Shown here piece after piece: positions 60,094-64,000 of a stretch of 64,000 nt of DNA. Made by a program: the position numbers and the translations under genes. The stretch is from a bacterium (GTDB lineage Bacteria > Electryoneota > Electryoneia > Electryoneales > Electryoneaceae): positions 4,672,001-4,736,000 of the forward strand of contig OY769902.1 in the NCBI GenBank assembly GCA_963669175.1, given 5' to 3'. The notes under the pieces are model-generated. The model was not told where the DNA came from. It did no database searches and worked only from the letters and a program-made list of their open reading frames with translations. Position 1 is the first letter of the stretch. Every line of letters begins with the position of its first letter.

Positions 60094-60588
60094 CTACGTC
60101 ACTGTCCAACCGGGGTTAAAAAACCAGTCACTTTCACGAATCCGGTTCACCTTGGCAATGATCACTTCTCCGGTAGCCGTATTAAACGCTACCTTACGTC
60201 CCCAGGTGCCGCCAGTATCTCGCCCCACAACAGGAATCGAATACTGCTGAAGCAATGCTTCCGCCTCACGAAGATTGCTGCGACCTATTTCCCGTAAGGA
60301 TTCATCTGCACCTTCGGGCGCTGCTCCGCCAAATATCTGCGCTTCAAGATGACCAGGTTCAAACCCGTGCTTGCGAAACATCCTTACGAGTTGAACAGTT
60401 GCCGGCTTTGCATAAAGAGCCGTTGGCGGAATACTCGCTTCCAGTTGCGAATGAACAAAATGATTCATTCCCCCAATCTGATTCTTCCTGTGATACAGGG
60501 TAATAGCGACACTGGACCCCAGGATCGACATTATCACAGAAGGATCCATGGAGAAAAAAATGTATCCAGGTTTTAACATGTACTGCAT
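60094..60588 (-). CDS. CheD-like protein with the catalytic Cys replaced by Ser
   Basis: LKPG, ILGSSVA, GGMNHF, IFGGA, IGRSN, DTGG..GRK. Confidence 0.85.
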   Translation of the reverse strand: MQYMLKPGYIFFSMDPSVIMSILGSSVAITLYHRKNQIGGMNHFVHSQLEASIPPTALYAKPATVQLVRMFRKHGFEPGHLEAQIFGGAAPEGADESLREIGRSNLREAEALLQQYSIPVVGRDTGGTWGRKVAFNTATGEVIIAKVNRIRESDWFFNPGWTVT

Positions 60589-60627
60589 CGTTACTGTCCC
60601 TGATCAGGTACCGAAATCCTGAAGCGC

Positions 60628-61131
60628 CTATAATGCGTCGGCAATCTGATCATATTCCTCGTCAAACAGCAGCTTGCGGACATCGAGCAGGATTTTCACA
60701 TCATCATTCATCTTGCCCAATCCCTGAACATACCTGCTACCTGCTCCCATGCTGGCTCGTGGCGGAGGTTCAATATCCTTTTCACCAATATCCAACACTT
60801 CTGAAACCGAATCTACAATCAGACCAACCGTCATCTGGCTGAGATTCACGACGATAATACAAGTGCGTTCGTCATACTCACGTTCTTTTATACCAAAACG
60901 CAACCGTACATCGATCACGGGAATTACCTTGCCACGCAGATTGATTACCCCTTTGACAAAATGGGGAACATCCGGCAGATCCGTGATGTTCTGAATACCG
61001 TTGATCTCCTGAACGAACCTGATCTCGATGCCGTATTCCTCTTTCCCGACGACAAAGGTCAGATACTTATCCTTTTGAGTATCTTCGGCATCACCGTTTT
61101 CTGTTACCATTCCTTCTAATTCATCAGACAT
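60628..61131 (-). CDS. cheW: CheW coupling protein
   Basis: KYLTF..EEYGI, VKGVINLRGKVIPVID, GLIVDSV. Confidence 0.96.
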   Translation of the reverse strand: MSDELEGMVTENGDAEDTQKDKYLTFVVGKEEYGIEIRFVQEINGIQNITDLPDVPHFVKGVINLRGKVIPVIDVRLRFGIKEREYDERTCIIVVNLSQMTVGLIVDSVSEVLDIGEKDIEPPPRASMGAGSRYVQGLGKMNDDVKILLDVRKLLFDEEYDQIADAL

Positions 61132-61160
61132 TTTCTTCCTCCCGGTTACTGCAAGGCCGA

Positions 61161-63593
61161 CTACATATCCGCAAATTCATGTTGAACATTACGGATTAAC
61201 CCTTCAATATCAATAATAAGGCTTATCGTACCATCCCCCAATATGGTACAGCCTGAAATGTTGTTAAGGCGGGTCAGTCGCGTGATATAATCGGACAGCC
61301 CCTTAATAACAATCTGCTGTTGCCCGATCATCTCGTCCACCAACAGGCAGACTCTGTCGTTGTTGTTCTCTACAACGATCAAGATGCCATCTTCAAGTGC
61401 ATCACTGTCCGCAGGCATGCCAAATAAAGGCCCCAACCTGATTACAGGCAATAATTCATTGCGAATCTTTACGATTTCGCTGCCATCCGGCGTATACGTA
61501 ACATCCTTCAAATGAGGTTGCAATGATTCCTTGATCGTTACCAGCGGTATGGTGTATTTCGCTTTTCCTACCCGCACAATCATACCATCAATAATCGCCA
61601 GGGTTAATGGAATTCGCAGGATAACCGTTGTCCCAACACCCGTCTCGCTGTTCACATCGACTCGACCACGAATCGCTTCAATATTCCTGCGGACAACATC
61701 CATCCCGACACCACGACCGGAGATATCGGTTACTTTCTCCGCTGTAGAGAAACCAGGATGAAAAATGAACGCCCAGACCTCTTCGTCGCGCAGCTCACTC
61801 CCGTCATCCGGGATCAGACCACGATCCTGCGCCCTGGATAGAATCTTCTCTCTATTTAAACCTTTACCATCATCCTTGATCAGAATCCAGACTTCACCGC
61901 CAACGTATTTCGCTTCAAGAACAACAGTGCCAGTTTCTACTTTACCGGCTTTCTTTCGTTCAGCAGGAGTTTCAAGCCCATGATCAATCGAATTCCTGAT
62001 CACATGCACCAGTGGATCAGCGATCTGCTCAATAACCGTCTTGTCAACTTCAGTTTCTTCGCCGATAATATCCAGGGTTACCTTCTTCCCGGATTTCTTC
62101 GATAAATCCCGTACCAGGCGAAGCATCCTGCGAAACACACCGGCAAGCGGAATCATTCGCATGGATGTGGAAATATCCTGAAGATCCCTGGTGATTTTTT
62201 CAAGTTGACGTGCGGATTTTTCAAACTGTTCCAAGGGAATATCAAGCGCCTGAATGTCCGGACTCTGCCCAACCATCGCCTCTGTTATTACCAGCTCACC
62301 AACCAGGTCCAGTAACTGGTCAAGCTTTTCGACATCAACACGCACTGTCTGATGTTGTTGCGCAACAGGCACTTTCTTCGAAGCCACGCTTTCCGGCTCT
62401 TTCTTCCCTTTAATGCTTTGTATCTGTTCCTGTACTTCCCGGATTGAATTAGCCGACGTATCGACTGCCGGTTCAGGTTCTTCATCTACCGGTTCTTCTT
62501 TCACCTTGGGTGCGGTTTCTTTCTTTGGAGCCGGCTTGCTTTCTTCTTTCACCGGTTCTTTGGAAGGTTCTGCAACAGGCGCCGCTGGCGCTGGCTTGGA
62601 AGATTTTGGTGTTTCAATATCCTCAAAAGATAGTTCAGGATTCTGTTCTTTCACCAGCATCTTCATATAGTTGACCAGGCCGGGCGCTGCGTGAATTGTG
62701 CCAGCACCACCAGTTGCAACATTGTTCAGAGCGCTACGCAAAATATCAATCATTTCCAACAGCATCGTCAGAATCTTATCAATAGGTTCCAACTTGCCTT
62801 CACGAATGAAATCCAATACCGTTTCAGCATAATGACCGATCTTGACCAGGTCGGGATAGCCGAGGAAAGCAGCGTTCCCTTTAAAACTATGATAAGCTCT
62901 GAATGCAGTATCTACCGTGTCACGGTTGCCAGGGTCTCCTTCAAGCGCCAGCAACGCTTCTTCGCCGGTCTCGAGCAGTTCCTGCGCCTCTGCAACAAAA
63001 GCCTCGACCATTTCCGGCGTAATTGTCAACTTGAGCGCGTCATCGATTTCCGGTTCTTCATTTGAGCTTGTTTCTTCTACTGTAACTTCATCCGGCGACT
63101 CTACCTGGGATGGTTCCGGATTCGCAACTTCTGCTGTTTTCGATTCTGTTTTTGCCTGCCCCATCCCCTCAATGGCTTCGTTCAATTGTTTGATCAGCTC
63201 CTCCGCCTCGCTGTCGTGGCCCTTGTCATGCAACTCTTCTTCAATCTGCGCAAGAAGAGTTCTGATGAAGTCGCAGGTCTTGGTTAACAGATCGATATGA
63301 TCTGTTTGCAACCTGGCACGACCTTTACGGATATGATCAAGGAGGGTCTCTGCAACGTGGGTTACACCATTTACAGTATTCAGGTCGAGAAAACCAGCGC
63401 CACCTTTGAGTGAGTGGAAAAGGCGAAACACTGTGTTGACAACCTCAAGATCGAGCTCACCGGAATTCATCGCATATTCTTCTAATTCAATTAGAAGAGG
63501 TTCGACTTCATCCAGCATTTCTACGCCTTCTTCGACAAAGCCCAGCAGGATTTCCCGCTGTTCATCACCGCCAAACCCCAGCTCGGTCACCAC
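61161..63593 (-). CDS. cheA: CheA histidine kinase with two Hpt domains
   Basis: FRLFHSLKG and FRAYHSFKG, VRVDVEKLD, RNSIDHG, DDGKG, GFSTA, SGRGVGMD, PLTLAI, P5 domain; AGGAGG RBS. Confidence 0.96.
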   Translation of the reverse strand: MVTELGFGGDEQREILLGFVEEGVEMLDEVEPLLIELEEYAMNSGELDLEVVNTVFRLFHSLKGGAGFLDLNTVNGVTHVAETLLDHIRKGRARLQTDHIDLLTKTCDFIRTLLAQIEEELHDKGHDSEAEELIKQLNEAIEGMGQAKTESKTAEVANPEPSQVESPDEVTVEETSSNEEPEIDDALKLTITPEMVEAFVAEAQELLETGEEALLALEGDPGNRDTVDTAFRAYHSFKGNAAFLGYPDLVKIGHYAETVLDFIREGKLEPIDKILTMLLEMIDILRSALNNVATGGAGTIHAAPGLVNYMKMLVKEQNPELSFEDIETPKSSKPAPAAPVAEPSKEPVKEESKPAPKKETAPKVKEEPVDEEPEPAVDTSANSIREVQEQIQSIKGKKEPESVASKKVPVAQQHQTVRVDVEKLDQLLDLVGELVITEAMVGQSPDIQALDIPLEQFEKSARQLEKITRDLQDISTSMRMIPLAGVFRRMLRLVRDLSKKSGKKVTLDIIGEETEVDKTVIEQIADPLVHVIRNSIDHGLETPAERKKAGKVETGTVVLEAKYVGGEVWILIKDDGKGLNREKILSRAQDRGLIPDDGSELRDEEVWAFIFHPGFSTAEKVTDISGRGVGMDVVRRNIEAIRGRVDVNSETGVGTTVILRIPLTLAIIDGMIVRVGKAKYTIPLVTIKESLQPHLKDVTYTPDGSEIVKIRNELLPVIRLGPLFGMPADSDALEDGILIVVENNNDRVCLLVDEMIGQQQIVIKGLSDYITRLTRLNNISGCTILGDGTISLIIDIEGLIRNVQHEFADM

Positions 63594-64000
63594 AGGCTTA
63601 CCTCCTCGCCTAACCCGTACACGATTACCAATTTAACGAACTAATGGGAGTGAAAAAAATTATAACTCCACCATAAAACCCTTGTCAGAGATACTTACCA
63701 CCTCTCACTGCCCTGCCCCTGACAAGCACTGATATGGGGAAAAACTACTATTCAGATTCAACAAGTTTTCCCTGAGAACAGATTACAATTCTACCTCTCC
63801 ATAGAGTTGCATTATTTTCTATTAAATTTCACCAGACATTTTAAATACTGGTTTAACATTATACAAAATTTCTTCTCAAAAATCTCTATTCAATCCAAAA
63901 TTACAAGGTCTCTCCGGCGCCCACATATACCATAAATCCAAAATCTCTCGAATACCCCACATCAAAGCGAAATACCAGCTCCGGCGGGAAGACAACTCGC

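Noticed and set aside
63600-64000. Sigma28 or sigma54 promoter upstream of cheA
   Set aside because: AT-rich region, but no convincing TAAA-N15-GCCGATAA or TGGCAC-N5-TTGC match was found by eye.

Overview
A 64 kb stretch of bacterial chromosome. PNPFN-type C-terminal sorting domains and the sigma54-activator/lptE pairing suggest the FCB group (inference only). It mixes housekeeping genes (selD, tsaD, dapF, tkt, lepB, murJ-like, waaF-like, lptE, tRNA-Ala(CGC), a long Bacillus-type SRP RNA) with signalling genes (hybrid PAS kinase, orphan CheB-like protein, SpoIIE phosphatase, HD-GYP protein, 11-gene chemosensory operon) and several secreted proteins. Highlights beyond the ORF track: (1) selD is a selenoprotein with an in-frame UGA (CxxU) and a bSECIS-like hairpin; (2) a Ppx/GppA-NUDIX fusion, possibly a one-chain (p)ppGpp/polyphosphate processing enzyme; (3) a ~235-bp four-hairpin element present twice in inverted orientation about 26 kb apart, plus several other REP/REPIN-like intergenic families with compensatory changes, with no transposase in the window; (4) a structured leader before a 1611-aa repeat surface protein; (5) a receptor-less che operon with a double-Hpt CheA and a Cys->Ser CheD; (6) a TsaC-LMW-PTP fusion, a Ser->Ala alpha/beta pseudo-hydrolase and a tandem pair of unknown putative outer-membrane proteins. 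No CRISPR array, prophage, integrase or transposase was seen. All calls come from reading the sequence by eye; no database searches were run.
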